A stretch of 64,000 bases of DNA, taken from positions 223,958 to 287,957 of the forward strand of contig NMRA01000165.1 in the NCBI GenBank assembly GCA_002633005.1. Reading direction: 5' to 3'. The position numbers and the translations under genes are program-made. The first letter of the stretch is position 1, and every line of letters begins with the position of its first letter. Origin of the DNA: Phoronis australis (lineage: Eukaryota > Animalia > Phoronida). Shown here in pieces: positions 1-13,685 of the stretch. A model generated the notes under the pieces. That model made no database searches and was not told where the DNA came from. It was given only the letters and a program-made list of their open reading frames with translations.

Positions 1-479
1 TTATGGAAATCCAGCAAGGAACTTGTATTGAGCCGCAGACAAAACAATAAATTTACAACAAGAAGGCACCACAGCAGTTGGACCTGTTCAAAACTCATCG
101 TCAGCCATGCCAGTAGGAATACATATTCCGATTCTGAATGATTTTGTCGATACATCGAGGCAGGCAAAACAAGACTCCAAAATAATAAGCATTTACAATG
201 AATTCAAAATTCATGTTGTCATTTCCTTTATAATAGAAACTCCGCTGCTATGTTTCATGAAAGTTCGTCAAGGAACTCTGAAGATACAAGGAAGACGTAA
301 AAAACTAAAACTGCCACAAGGGAGTACAACACTAATTGGATCTGCCCAAAAGTTATCGACATCATCATCCGTCGTCAGGTTCCCAGATGAATGTACCAGT
401 CAAACTTAAACCAAGATCTTACAGGAGGTTTAGGAGATACAGCTGTGGACGAGAAAAAATAACAGAACTGCCACTAGAA

Positions 480-1400
480 CGTGCCTCAGTTGTTAATTAA
501 TTTATTTATTTATTGATTTATAGTGATATTCAAAATGAGGGTGACCTCTTCAGTGATAGCACTGCTTTCCAAGAGGGCCCCCAACAACAACAAAACACAG
601 TAATATAATACAGTGAAGTAATAAAACAACAATGAAATATACGTAACAAAGATACAATTAATACAGGTTGAAAATTAAGACAATAAATAAGTGACGAAGA
701 ATGGTGAAAATTTAACTAAGACAGATGAAATAAATGAAGAGATGACTCTAAACAGTGAGAGTATTTACGACAATGGAAAGAACGACATGATTAAGACAGG
801 TAGGGTATAAAAAGGTTATTTAAATTACAGACACTTTTTAATATTACGTTTGAAAATATCAGTTGAATCGGACCATTTAATTTCTGGGTAAAGAGAATTT
901 CATATTGTAGCAGCAGCATAGATAAAAGATCTCTTGCCGGTCTCGGCTTTAATTTTTCTTAAAGAAACATTTCCAGCAAAAGAAGAGCGTGTAGAATATA
1001 CAGCTTGACTGCTATTGAATTTTCGGTTGACATATGCTGGAGCCAAGCCATTGATACATTCTGTACATACAACAGGCAGAGAAATACTTATTTCTTTGTT
1101 TCACTTTCATAAATCCCAGATTGGAATACAAGTCATCGACTTTGGTGTCCCTAATTCTACAATCCAGGATAGCCCTGGCGGCTGTGTTTTGGATTACTTG
1201 GACTTTGCTGACAAGTGTGTCACTAGTGTGCCCCCAAACCAGTAAACAATAATCAATATGAGGCTGAATAATAGAATGGTAAAGGGTCTTAAGAGTACTG
1301 ACATTAAGAAATTTGTCGGAGTTGTCAGAAAATTGTCATCCTTCCTCTTTCCAGTAGGAACACATAATATACAATAATTAAACATTTTTTTGGATTTGTA
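480..1400 (-). mobile_element. Degenerate LINE (L2/CR1-like) 3' fragment
   Basis: The minus strand has decayed RT C-terminal-like coding sequence (about 840-1400) and a GC-rich terminal segment near 540-582. A short-repeat tail (ttaa/ttta) follows. Boundaries are approximate. Confidence 0.45.
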
Positions 1401-1825
1401 CCATGAGCCTCCAGTAGAAAAATCACACTTAAATAGTTATAGTCACACACCACTGTTAATCTATTCTCTGTTACTTATAAAACTATTTTTCACGCCCTGC
1501 AAGAAAAGCATGTTTTCTGAACACCATCACTTTTGTTTTTTCTAGGTTAACCCTGAGACCATTTTGTACAGTACAGCTCTAGTCTATTTATAAGCCTCTG
1601 GAGGCCAACCAGGGTATTTGCTAATAATAGTATCAGGATTTTTCATAGTGTATTTGGAAAATGGAAAATGTCAGGCGTCTGAGTAACATCAAAGAAATGC
1701 TCGGGCGTTTACTCGGAAGAGGGGGCAAGTAAACGGAAAGTCATAGTTTTAATTAAGAGGCTTCCTGGCTATGACATTTTCACTTGAAAATGCATTTTTA
1801 AATTTTATGTTTTATAATGCATAGT

Positions 1826-1964
1826 CAGTGCTGTAGTGGTAAAATTCGAGGTAAGTAGGCGCCCAAAGCCCACCATATCACCTAGAGCACTTACGGTGCG
1901 TAGGCGCTACGTTCAAATGCCAAAAGGTAGTTGGTACGTGCGCCTACTGCCCACTACAGCACTG
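1826..1964. mobile_element. hAT-type MITE
   Basis: TIRs cagtgctgtagtgg...ccactacagcactg, with a perfect 8-bp TSD tgcatagt (1818-1825 and 1965-1972). Related sequence occurs at 29214-29420. Confidence 0.8.
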
Positions 1965-2414
1965 TGCATAGTTCGCCAACAATTTGTTCGTTTTTAGAAT
2001 TAATGCTCAAAAAAATGAAATTGTGAATAAAAGTCATTATAAAAATTATAAAGAAAATTTGACAATATACAACCTTAGCTAACTTCTTTCTCACAGGACA
2101 GCCTTCCTTGTAGATAATTTATGATTTAACAATTTTGTATTACTTTGAAGTGTTTTTAATTTTTATAACTCACATTTTCACAGATTTCTGTTGACAAAGT
2201 CAAAAGCTTTGCTGAACTCAACATACAAAAAATGCAGTCTCTTTCTTTTTTGCAGAAGTCAATTCTACAAGTGACTTGAGTATAAAATACCATATTAGCC
2301 CTAATAAGTGCCCATGTAATATAAGCGCCCCCTATGCGTTTTCAGACTTCGCTAAAATAAGCGCCCAGCCCGAACATGAACATGCGAAACTGCCTTACCT
2401 ACAGTTCTAAAATT

Positions 2415-2684
2415 CTACGGTAACATCTTCAATTTATTAATAAGATCCCACGGTCCTGAAAAAATCATTGTGTGCAGAATTGGCAGACGACGAGCCTCGC
2501 CACTATGTTGGTATTTAGTCGTGGCTATACACTTCAAACTTCCGCCGTGCTTCAAAAAGAACGCAAAAGTTTTGCTGATCTTGCTAGGAACGTGACCCAC
2601 TATGGCCTGGCCTTTCAGAACAGACGCTGTGTACATGTCAACGGGATTGTATTGTCTCTTTCGCATACAGATCTTCTCCCTCAA
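2415..2684 (-). pseudogene. HIRAN-like domain fragment, probably carried by a DNA transposon
   Basis: NPVDMYTASVLKGQAIVGHVPSKISKTFAFFLKHGG resembles the HIRAN NxxDxxA...VGHVP motif. It lies next to a tac-cata...aataagcgccc TIR-like end at about 2288-2365. Confidence 0.45.
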
Positions 2685-4523
2685 CAGGAATCCAAATTTC
2701 TTTGTACATTATGAAAACTGCAAATCGAAGACTAATAAAAAACTTAATGTTAAAAGCACATGGCCAGGAAGCGAGCGCTACATACATGTACCTGTCATCG
2801 AAGATATTAGTGTTCGAGAACTATCTATTCATGAAACAGGTAGCATAGCATTGGCAAGAAATACATATTACCATTAATTTCCGAAAGTTTCTGATATCGT
2901 AAAAAGTTTAATATGCATTGTTTTACGAGGAATTCTTTACTTAATTATAATTGGTTTTAAACTCAAAATGGCCTAGAGATAGTGAAAAACTCCGCACCCT
3001 TACACCCCGACTCCCGGAAAATAACTGTTCACGCATCCAATCACCTGGCAGACCAGCAAGAGCTAAATAAAATACATTCTGCTTTACTGCTTGCATTTAT
3101 TTCTTTAGTTACCATGGACACCTAGATTGCATTTACTCTCACTGGCAAATGAACTCTGATGACACGCACATGCTCGCTTACTCATTCACACGCAGGCGAA
3201 CTTCAAAACAAACGTCACGTGACAGCAACATGTGTGTTCGTCTAGAGATTTTTCTCGTGCTGCAGGGTACGATCTAGTACAGATTTGGACTTAATCTTCA
3301 GTTAATCCCGACTTCACAGGGACTTGAAATCCTAGGGTCGCTACTTCAGGAGGGTTTCAGGTAATTTGTTGAGTCGAAACTATTTTTATTCAAGACGATT
3401 GCCAGGCAGCGATGCATCAGTTGGCGAGTTTTCACTCTGGGATTTCAGCACAATGCTCTGAAAAATTATCGTAATTTAACCACAAAGTTTGATAGCAATG
3501 CACCACAATTTTGTAGAAAGTCTGTCACAGGATACAGATACGTCACAGAGCGTAAATTCGATGAAAACTAATTGCTTATGATTTCACCCGTTTCGGAGAC
3601 GGGGTTTCAACCGCCTTTAGGTTACAATAAGTGCTCCCCCCCAGAAATGATTTTTTCTAAGCGTCCTGAGTAAGGTATTCTATCCTTTCTCTAAGCCACC
3701 CAGAGCAGTTCAGATTGCTTTCAAATTTCATTTAACTAAGCAACAAGACCGTCACTAAGTATTCTTGTATGGACTTTTGACAAATTTGCCCTGAAATTTT
3801 TCAGATTTATTACAGTAACTTTTACCTCCTTTAAACAATGAATAATAGCACTGCTCAGAGAAAATGTCCATATTGAAAATATTGCACAATAACTTGACTA
3901 ATACTCATTTGCTTTCCTTCACCATTTCCCACACAAATACCATCAAGATCATACTTCACGTGGTTTGGCCAATAAAACTACGGCAACTAGGTGGTAAACA
4001 ATTAGTCATCCAAAAATAGGAGGTTGTCATCATCTCCTTAATAAAAACCCATTAGCCACATTTTATGAAAATTCGTCGTGGAACTCCGAAGATACAGAGG
4101 AAAAAAATAAAACTGGCATTAATGGGTATAGTTGTAGTCGATTGTCACCTTCAGAGAAATACACTTGACAAATTTTACAAAGTTCCTGCAGGAGCCATCC
4201 AAAACCGTCATCAGCCGTCCTCTTGCCGTGGGAACGCATATTCGTACCAATTTTATATTAGAGTATTTTGGTTGATACAGAGATGGATGCCAAAAACAGT
4301 AAAAACAGCCACTAAGTAGTACAAAATAAGTTGAATCCATCAGAAAACGAGAAGGCGGCATCATCTCTTTAACGGATACCTATTTGCGAATTTTCATGAA
4401 TCTCCATCACACAGAGGCAAACATAAAAAACTAGAATTGCCATTATGAGCATGCGCTTAAAAATACTCCTATCACCTTTAACACCCCTGCTACTACAGTT
4501 AGGCAAGTTGGATTATTCAGTCT

Positions 4524-4925
4524 TAAGTGCCGTCACACACAGACTCACCCTAGAGCATGTTACTCCTGGAATGAGTTATCGCTAGGTTTGGAGGCCGTGT
4601 GAACTTCATTTAAACTACACTTAGTCTAGTGCAACTTTCCCCACTTGTGACAACTTACTTCACCTTATCGAGGTAGGGCAACTTGTTTCAAGGTAACTTG
4701 CATCACTTCTAATTCCTGTGTGGCGGCAAACCTGAGGCAAGGTGGAAGTAATTGTCAGCTGTGGTTACCAACAGACTTAGCTGGTAACTGTCATGCACAA
4801 AGCAATATCTTCTGACTTACCTTGGTTATCGGATATATGCGTGTGTGTAGACGCCCCACTCAAAAGTGGGGTAAGTTGCACTAGTGCAAGTTGTTCTAGG
4901 GTAGGCTCTGTGTGGACAGAACTTT
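4524..4925. mobile_element. MITE with imperfect TIRs (PIF/Harbinger-like)
   Basis: aagtgccgtcacacacagactcaccctagagca at 4525 is an imperfect reverse complement of tgttctagggtaggctctgtgtggacagaactt at about 4892-4924. Confidence 0.5.
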
Positions 4926-5478
4926 ATAAAACAAACAATACAGCCATGTAAAAACACACAACAGCATACAGTCATGTCAGAACAATAAGTTTGCGATGTT
5001 AAAAGCAACTTCTCACTTAGAACAGTGTTCCCTCTGCAACTTTGAACAATGGTTTCAGAGCACACACACATTCCAAATTGTTGGGTGCATTTCAATGATT
5101 TAGAATCCATAAGAGATTTTCACTCACGCAGTGCTGAAGTATGATGCAAGAATGTTTTGTAAAATTTTGAACCGCGAGCAGTAAAAGTTATTAATTTCTC
5201 AAATGGCATTTGATCAATCAGTTAATATTAAAAACAAAAAGAAATATAACAATTGATATTTTTCAGGAATTCCTTTTACAAAGCTATCAACCTTAAATTT
5301 GTTCTCAAAAACCAGTGACTTTTCCTTTGGCACAAAAGAGAAATCAATGAAGGGGCTTAAGTACACAACTAGCAAATGAGGAACTAGTAAGGAGTGAACA
5401 ATAGAGCACATAACTAACAGACCTGCGTTGTCTGTGAGGGCCTAATGTATTTAGTTTCAATAGCCATAAAAAGGATAT

Positions 5479-5576
5479 CTCCAAAGTTTGATCGGGTTGA
5501 TTGACATGGCCTTTGTCCAGCGTATATAAATACCAGCATTCCTTGTTCATACGACCCAGAGTGTAGGCAGCACCAT
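5479..5576 (-). CDS. AMD1: S-adenosylmethionine decarboxylase exon 5 (gene continues beyond the left edge)
   Basis: Acceptor ctgtag. Encodes (D)[32 protein letters not shown], matching [25 protein letters not shown]...QPDQTLE. Homology ends exactly at a U12-type donor, ATATCCTTT. Confidence 0.93.
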
Positions 5577-6568
5577 CTACAGGCAAGTGAAACAAACCAA
5601 TCAGAATTATTTGTACGTACCTTGAATAGCACACAGTGACATCAATACTGCAACAGACAATTTGATTTTCACGTGGTGATGCTAATGAACGGATCATGCA
5701 GATTACAAAGCCATTTATCACGAAGGGAACATCTGTAGGCTGTGTGCCTCATTTGACTACCTGGATGCATGAATTTATACAGTAGCACTGTTGTCTCACT
5801 GACGCCACCTAGCGGTTTTCAACTTATCCATGACAAAGAATTTGTTTAGTTCGTTTCATTTTGAACGTTCCAATTACAAAAGATTTTTTTTAAAAATTGA
5901 CCTGAACAGGTCAAATTAAAATCAGGTTGTGTTGAACACAATATTTAAATCAATGTTGATTATTCCATTCTTGTTGCCATACTTACAATTCCAGAAATAT
6001 TAAAATTATTTAATTTCATAAATTCTACCACAAACCTCTCCAAACAACAGGTTGATGCATATGCGTGTATTAAATTTCCATTGTATCACAAACTTGATAT
6101 GATTTCTTAGTTATGCAATGAGTGAATACATTTACTTCAGTCCACCCCCAATTCATGTGTTCTCCCAGGTGTTTTCAGTGGTTCGTACTAACAGGTATGT
6201 AAATTACATACACGAGAGCGCAAAACCAAAATGTATTGCACAAGTCATATTTTCTTACCTTATTCAATAAGTATATCTTAATCTTGGGTGCTTTACGTTC
6301 ATGCGAAATACAGTTTACGGGTCAACAGTTCCATTCCAGACTATAGTTTGTGATTGATATGATGTAGTTTACAAGAAACTCACAAGATAGCATGCTTTAG
6401 AATTATCCATCTGATTCATAGACAACAGCTTGAAGTTGCTCAACTTTTTAACATACATAATAGGTAAGTTGATGTCACTAGTTTTCAAACTTTACTATTT
6501 TTATGAAGATGCAACTATCCTACACCAATCTGGTAAAAGGTACAAGAAATACTAGAAGCTGGGCTTAC

Positions 6569-6674
6569 CTGGAGCAAAGATGTCGTCTAGAAAGTCAACT
6601 TCTGTGACAAAGCTTTTGTGACAAGTCTTTTGAAGCTCTGGTCGCATAAACTTCTTTCGCGAGTAGAAGATGTC
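6569..6674 (-). CDS. AMD1: SAMDC exon 4, copy A
   Basis: tag acceptor, gtaagc donor, 106 nt. Encodes DIFYSRKKFMRPELQKTCHKSFVTEVDFLDDIFAP (SAMDC FYSRKNFMKP...HRNFQEEIEFL). Phases are compatible with exons 3 and 5. Confidence 0.9.
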
Positions 6675-9564
6675 CTATTCAAACAAAATTATATCACACA
6701 ATGATAAGCAACAACCATCTACTATGTACACATGAAGACTAGAGGTCAAATACATTAAATAAATCTAATATGAAGACTTTAAAAATACAAGATGAAATGC
6801 GCCCGTGACTGCACTGTAAATGATATGTTAGGCATGTAAGTATCAAAAAGGGACACTAGGTGGCACAGAATACTTCGAACCTGTCCGAGAATAGAAATGT
6901 TTGATCTATGAGGCACAACACTAGTCGGTTCCGTCCAAAAGCAGTTGTCAGCATTTGCTATGCTCATAGGAATGCCCTTGTCAACATTATTTCACAAAGA
7001 CACAGCTGCAAAAAAAAACGAAATTGCCAAAAGGGGTGCCACAGTTGTAGGGCTCATCCGAAAATCTATTTGTCGTAACCTTCTCAGGAACACATCTGCC
7101 AAATGTCGTAAGGATCCTTCAAGCGGCCTGGTGGCTGGAGAGGCAGAAGCCAAAAAACAAACTCGAAAACAACAAAAATGGCCACTTAATGGCACAAACT
7201 ATCTCAAATCCACCAAATGACTTTGTTTTATTGTCTACGATCAATTACTCGTGGCACTTTTTCTGGTAGGTATATCATACTGTGCTACACGATGCATTTA
7301 TTTGTTATACGAGATTTTATGATTTGAGGACTGCTCTTTAATCGACTGATTCCTCAATGCACTTTTAATGGTTTATCATTTACTGTACATTGTTGTCATG
7401 GGCGTCGGGATCGTAGTCATTGGTATTCTTGGCTTCGACATCAAACCTCTTAGTTTATGTTGATTTCGCCAAGTGTTGTTAGAATGTTTGAGCACTTTCA
7501 TTTATAACTTGATCTTTATTTGGTACAAAGGTAAAAGTCAATGATCATACATTCATCGCATATCAGGGATGAGGAGAGTGCCCTATCATAGGCAGATGAT
7601 TGCTTAACTTGATATAATGGGCACAGTAAAATTGTGTCACAATCAGGCACCATTATTTGGTCTTGAGCAATACACATTGCCCTCAATATTCTAATGTACA
7701 ACAACAATAATCAGCAGCGGACTAAATCTAAATAAACGTCAATAACCAAAACAAGAATGTTAGCAGCGATATAGGGTCCAGCAAATACTATGCATAAACA
7801 CATTCAAGGGGTGGAAACAATTCCACGTTGTGCCTGTTAACTCCAGTCCTGGACCAGCAGACCCAGGCAGTCAACATTAAACCCGCAGCACAAATCCCAG
7901 GATCTGCATTATAGCTTTAAACTCCACAGATGCACAAAACATGATGACTAAACTCCAGTCCCGTGGACCAAACTCCATGGCTGCGCCTCAATTCTAGTTG
8001 CACTCTAGAGATGCCGTCATGGAGTCTGGTGCTCGGCCTTGAGTTAGGTCACCTGGTAACTGAGCATTTCCAGTGGAGCTGAAGGGCACGGGTGTGAGGA
8101 CTTGTATCAATAATCTAATTACTGGCTGAATTTTTATTGGTTTTCCTGTGTGACGTACCATTATGAACAATGAAATAAGCGACCTTCTGTTTTCCACATT
8201 TTCACGTTATTTTCAAGACACCTTCGATAAGGTGAGGTGCTATGTTTGTCATGAATGCGACAACACTGCTTTCAATCAATGACATACTTTGGGACTTTTG
8301 TCTTTCATTTCAAATATTGATTGCCGTTTGGCCTTCCTTGTCACTCCTTCTTCAAACTCGCCCGTTCGTAAAAGCTTGTAAACAAAGTCAGTGAAGGTGA
8401 TCATTGTAAACTGCAGTCATGGTAAAAAAACAAAAGAGTGCAGGTGGCCTGGTGCCTTTTACAGTACATCAGACGTGTTTAGGCTGCAAGGCCGGGTCCA
8501 TTACACTAATCACCTGATCATGACTCATGGGGACACGACATCATCAGATTCCTCATGGGTAAAATCTGCCAATTTATCTGCCTGCCAGTGTTTGTTTCAG
8601 AAAGACAGAAAGCTATTAAACCTGAATGAGGTAACAATGTCAAGAAGACAGGTTATGTGTCCATCAAGTAGCAAACTACAGTGTCTATTGTAGGCAGGGT
8701 AAATTTCTACCAGATGCTGTGGAGTCTCATGGCTTGTGATGTTACGGTGCCGAGCTAGGTTGCAATGTCCAGTAATAACCTGGATCAGCTGCCTTAAAGG
8801 AGCATGCCACCCAAAAAACAACCTAATTTGTATCAATTTAGATCGAGTAGTTCTCCTCGATAGCGGCACGTACGGTTTCGTTACCTGACACCTGACAGCA
8901 GACGGAGGTGATGAAATTTTCCATTGACGTCATCGGTTTCACACGCAGTCTGTTCAGCAGTTCACAACACGGGTAACTGGTGTCAGCTTATCGCTTGAAT
9001 TCATCGTTTAACACCAATAAATGATCAAACTTCGATGTAAAACCCTTAAAAATACACCGAGTTCTTATAAAAACGTGTTGTCTTATTTCACTGTTACGGA
9101 TTTATTTGGTATTTGGACACACCGTAGCCAACAAATTTCGGCAGTCCAATTTACCAAGGTCCGTAGCAGGAGTTCGTGTTCTGTTCGGAGATAAATTCTA
9201 AGTATTTTTCCGTGAAATACAGACAGTAGGACCTAGATCTGTTTTGTTTAGACTTGTGTTTTTTAGTTCTAAACACAAAAAACGCTTGTTATCCCGGCCA
9301 GNTGAGCCTATAACTTTAGAAAAACGCAATATTTTGAGGAAATATTTTACCGCTGTTTATAGATCCTATAGGACTACCTAGGTGCCAAATTTGGTGAAAA
9401 TCGGCTGACCCCCACCTTGCCGCTCATGGCTGGTGCTCTCGTGGACTAGTACTTAATAGGTAAGTTGATGTCACTAGTTTTCAAACTTTACTATTTTTAT
9501 GAAGATGCAACTATCCTACACCAATCTGGTAAAAGGTACAGGAAATACTAGAACCTGGGCTTAC

Positions 9565-9670
9565 CTGGAGCAAAGATGTCATCTAGAAAGTCAACTTCTG
9601 TGACAAAGCTTTTGTGACAAGTCTTTTGAAGTTCTGGTCGCATAAACTTCTTACGCGAGTAGAAGATGTC
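9565..9670 (-). CDS. AMD1: SAMDC exon 4, copy B (duplicate)
   Basis: 106 nt with intact splice sites. Encodes the same peptide as copy A, with 3 synonymous differences. Confidence 0.8.
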
Positions 9671-10894
9671 CTATACAAACAAAATATCACACAATGATAA
9701 GCAACAACCATCTACTATGTACACATGAAGACTAGAGGTCAAATACATTAAATAAATCTAATATGAAGACTTAAAAAATACAAGATGAAATGTGCCCGTG
9801 ACTGCACTGTAAATGACATGTTAGGCATATAAGTATCAAAAATGGACACTAGGTGGCACATAATACTTCGAACCTGTCCGAGAATAGAAATGTCTGATCT
9901 GTGAGGCACAACACTAGTCGGTTCCATCCAAAAGCAGTTGTCAGCATTTGCTATGCTCATAGGAATGCACTTGTCAACATTAATTCACAAAGACACAGCT
10001 GCAAAAAAACGAAATTGACAAAAGGGGCGCCACAGTTTAGTGTCTGCAATGCCAAGGACTGGAGTTTTGGAGGTATTGGAATTGAGAGGCATAGCCATAG
10101 AACTGTTTCCAGCCCTCGAGATCCAAACAGTGGATTTATGTGTTTGGTTATTACTGAAATGCAGCTGTTTAGATCAACCACTAATCACCCCATGACCCAC
10201 TGAGGAAACAGACAAAATGGTGCCTCCCAATAAAACTGAATTGAAAAAGGACTGAGAATTATAATAACATGATCCATATGACCTCAAGATGAGGCCCAGT
10301 GGCACAGTTGATCTATCACCACATTATTCTAACATGATTGGTTGAATTTTGAAGCAGTGTATGAAATGAGACTTGGGATCAACAATTTAAACCACACTGA
10401 AATTCTGGAAGATGCTGCTGATCAATAATCCAATTACCGGCTGAACTGTTATTGATTTTCCTGTGTGACGTATGAATGTGAACGATGAAATACACGCGCT
10501 TCGTTTTTCCACATTTTCACATTGTTTTCAAGACACCTTCAATAAGGTGAGGTGCTATGTTCGTCATGGATGCGACAACACTGCTTTCAATCAATGACAT
10601 ACTTTGGGACTTTTGTCTTTCATTTCAAATATTAATTGCCGCTTGGCCTTCCTAGTCACTCCTTCAAACTCGCCCGTTCGTAAAAGCTTGTAAACTAAGT
10701 CAGTGAAGCTGATTGTTGTAAACTGCAGTCACAAAACAAAAGAGTGCAGGTGGCTTTTACGGTACATCAGGGGTGTTTAGGCTGCAAGGCCGGGCCCATT
10801 ACACTAATCACCTGATCATGACTCATGGGGACATGACATCATCAGATTCCTCATAGGTAAAATCTGCCAATTAATCTGCCTGCCAGTGTTTGTT

Positions 10895-11430
10895 TCAGAA
10901 AGACAGAAAGCTATTAAACCTGAATGAGCTAACAATGTCAAGAAGACAGGTTATGTGTCCATCAAGTAGCAAACTACAGTGTCTATTGTAGGCAGGGTAA
11001 ATTTCTACCAGATGCTGCGGAGTCTCGGCCTCCAAGCAAAATGAACATGCCACGTGGCTTGTGATGTTACGGTGCCGAGCTAGGTTGCAGTGTCCAGTAA
11101 TAACCTGGATCAGCTGCCTTAAAGCAAGCCTATCTAAACACAACATTTTCTTAGTTTGAACCTTTTGGTTCAGCAGGACTTGGACTAAGTTGTTTCGTTG
11201 GTCTGTAGACGGAGAGCTTTCTCCATGCATCCATTGACAGTTTGCGCACCCAGTGTCTCACCTTTGCTCTGCAGCACCTATGGGCATCTGGTATGCAAGG
11301 TTCTGGTACAAAACAGGGTGCACTTGTTTCTTCTTTGGCAAGTTGGTCAGCAGCTTCATTACCATCAATGCCAAGATGGGCTTTAACCCAGTTCACTTGA
11401 ACAGCTCTACTAGCAGCTGGGTGGTTAAGC
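10895..11430 (-). mobile_element. RNase H-containing non-LTR retrotransposon 3' fragment (LOA/R1/I-group-like); partial copy at 8597-8800
   Basis: VNWVKAHLGIDGNEAADQLAK (RNase H C-terminus) is followed in another frame by LIQVITGHCNLARHR...CSFCLEAETPQHL (C-terminal zinc-knuckle region). Confidence 0.8.
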
Positions 11431-13113
11431 TCGTTTACATTAGGCAACTGCAGTAGTAACAACAGTAGCGTTCTGTTTTTATTATTTTGTGGTTTATAAA
11501 AATAACAGTTCCGTAGTAATATGCAATTAAACTCAGTCAAAAACTTTTATTTACATGACACATTATCCATAAATCAACAGGATTTGTCGTTCACTCAGGG
11601 ACTGAAGCCAAAACCAAGTAGGTCAAAATAGCCATAGTGATATTACAAATGGCAGTCGCTACAATTACACAAAAACCAGAGAAACAGAGAAAGAGGTGTC
11701 TGCATACCTGCCACTCCATGAAAATGGAAGCTAACTCTGATTTGGGGTTCAGCATTGACAAATTAGAATGGGTAGAGCTGGATTTGGAGGAGGTGTCACA
11801 CTCTCAGGTAGCCAGTGAGAGGTATGGGGACCAAACTGACAAAGTGGAAGACCAACAATTCATAGAACCGAAAAAAATGAAAACACCAAGAAAAAACGCG
11901 AGCCACATCAGAACTTTGGAGACCTGGCTTTTCAGTGCCGTTGTATTCCAAGGCATATTGGCCAAAGAGGAAGAAATTAAGACTCAGCGAAGAAAGGGGG
12001 GTTAGATCTTAAGTATGTGGTCACCCTCATGACATATGGCGCATCAACCTCGGCTGATATAACATCCATATAAAATACATGTAGTTTAACATATATTTAT
12101 TCAACATTGGAAATTATGTAAAAGAGTATAACTTATAGGGGTCTTATCAGAAATGGTAAGTACTTGTAAAAAGGATGCACATGGTGTTGAGTAACACCTT
12201 AATAAGACTTCAGATAAGAGAAAACTTCAGACTGTAAACAATCATGTGATAGATACCAGTCATAAGACAGTCACGGCTTCGATAGTGTTGAACTTAAGAT
12301 AATATTTGTTTAATTCTATCCGTATGTAAACAAGAGCAACGCAGAGCGTTGAAATGCACCCAGGAATGCCCCGCAAACAGTGTGCTTCTAGGGGTGTTTA
12401 TTTGTATCATAAAAATGGTGCAAAATACGTCAAATCCACTGGAAAATGGGAACGTGACATTGTTTTTTTAATAAAAAGCTATTTATTGAATTTCATAAAA
12501 ATCCGTAAAGGAACTTCAGAGAAACAATGAGTCTCAGAGGAAAATGAAAAAAATGAAATTGCCACTAGGGGGCACAGCATTTGTCAGGTCAGCCCGAACA
12601 TCGTTGTCGTCCATTGTTCACTTCAAATGAATACACTTGCTAAATTTAATAAACATCCTGCAGTAAACAGTAAACAGTAAAAATGGCCACTAGTTGGCGC
12701 AAAACACCTCGAATCCATCCCAAAACAGAAGGATAGCGTCATCTCAGTAATAGATAAATGATGATGACGATGCTGAGAGCAGCAATAATTTCATGGTGTA
12801 ATGCAGGGGAAATGAAACACGCAGTTGGTCGACTTAAAATCACCTGAGCTCTGTCAATAACCATAGATGAGACGTACATGTATTAATTCTTGGCAGCATT
12901 TTCAAGAAAACCTGGCAAGGGCTCTGAAACCAGTGTCATCTGTTGTCATTTGCAAAGGAACACACCTTTAATGAAGATCCTTTAAGAGGTTTTGGAGATT
13001 CAGCTACAGACGCCGGACAGAGATCATGTTAATATGCGACCAAACATATGGGCACATAAAAATAACAAAACGCTTCATTTTCACCAAATTAACACCACCA
13101 GAAAAAGTCTCAC

Positions 13114-13240
13114 CTCAACTTTGTTCAGTCCACACTTTTGCTCAGCAAGTTTCAACAATGGCTTGACTGCATACAGCAGAGTCGTTGTTCCGCATGTCTT
13201 GAGAATGAAACGGTTGTCACTCACAAACATGCTACTTTCG
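13114..13240 (-). CDS. AMD1: SAMDC exon 3 (autocleavage site E|S, pyruvoyl-forming Ser)
   Basis: tttcag acceptor, gtgag donor, 127 nt. Encodes (S)[22 protein letters not shown], the SAMDC signature. Confidence 0.97.
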
Positions 13241-13598
13241 CTGAAATACATATCACACGGCAACGTGGCATGCTGTAATGATAAATTCCTTGACCGTTTC
13301 CCACTAGGTACCATAACTTATTTTCATCTCATTCCGTGGAAATGTAATTGCAAACTTTCATTTTTACACTGGTTGACATTTGTTTTGATTTTATGTAACA
13401 ACTGACTTTTTATAAAAATCATAAAAAGTCTTTTTTGATAGACACTCGTACAATGCACAAAGCATAGTATCTGTAAGCTTCATATAAATATATTAACCCA
13501 TGATGAACCGACTTTGGCCAGATTTGAACACTTTTAGGGCCCTACACAACATGAACAGCATGTAGCCCAAGTGTTACTTATGTCCCCAATAAACTTAC

Positions 13599-13685
13599 CT
13601 CAGAACGTAGGAATCCACCTGAGTCGTCGAGGTATGGCTCACAATTTCACAGCTGACTTTTTTCAGCAGATCATCCCATTCCATC
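13599..13685 (-). CDS. AMD1: SAMDC exon 2
   Basis: ttcag acceptor, gtaagt donor, 87 nt. Encodes MEWDDLLKKVSCEIVSHTSTTQVDSYVLS (cf. SEWDILLKDVQCSIIS...AYVLS). Confidence 0.95.

Larger units (their letters stand above)
6458..11123 (+). repeat. Direct duplication: 6458-~7047 = 9454-~10036 and ~8104-8800 = ~10419-11123
   Basis: Near-identical blocks read directly in the sequence. Each copy has its own indels and insertions, and a single N lies between the copies at 9302. Confidence 0.9.

Noticed and set aside
262-275. TTCCTTGAC on the - strand as the U12 branch point for AMD1 intron 5
   Set aside because: It lies inside a multi-copy repeat (siblings near 4065 and 12495), and the sequence after the following AC does not encode the expected ILMxxLD exon.
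5520-5536. TG|GTATTT as the AMD1 exon 5 donor
   Set aside because: SAMDC homology (YLYTLD...QPDQTLE) continues in frame past this point.
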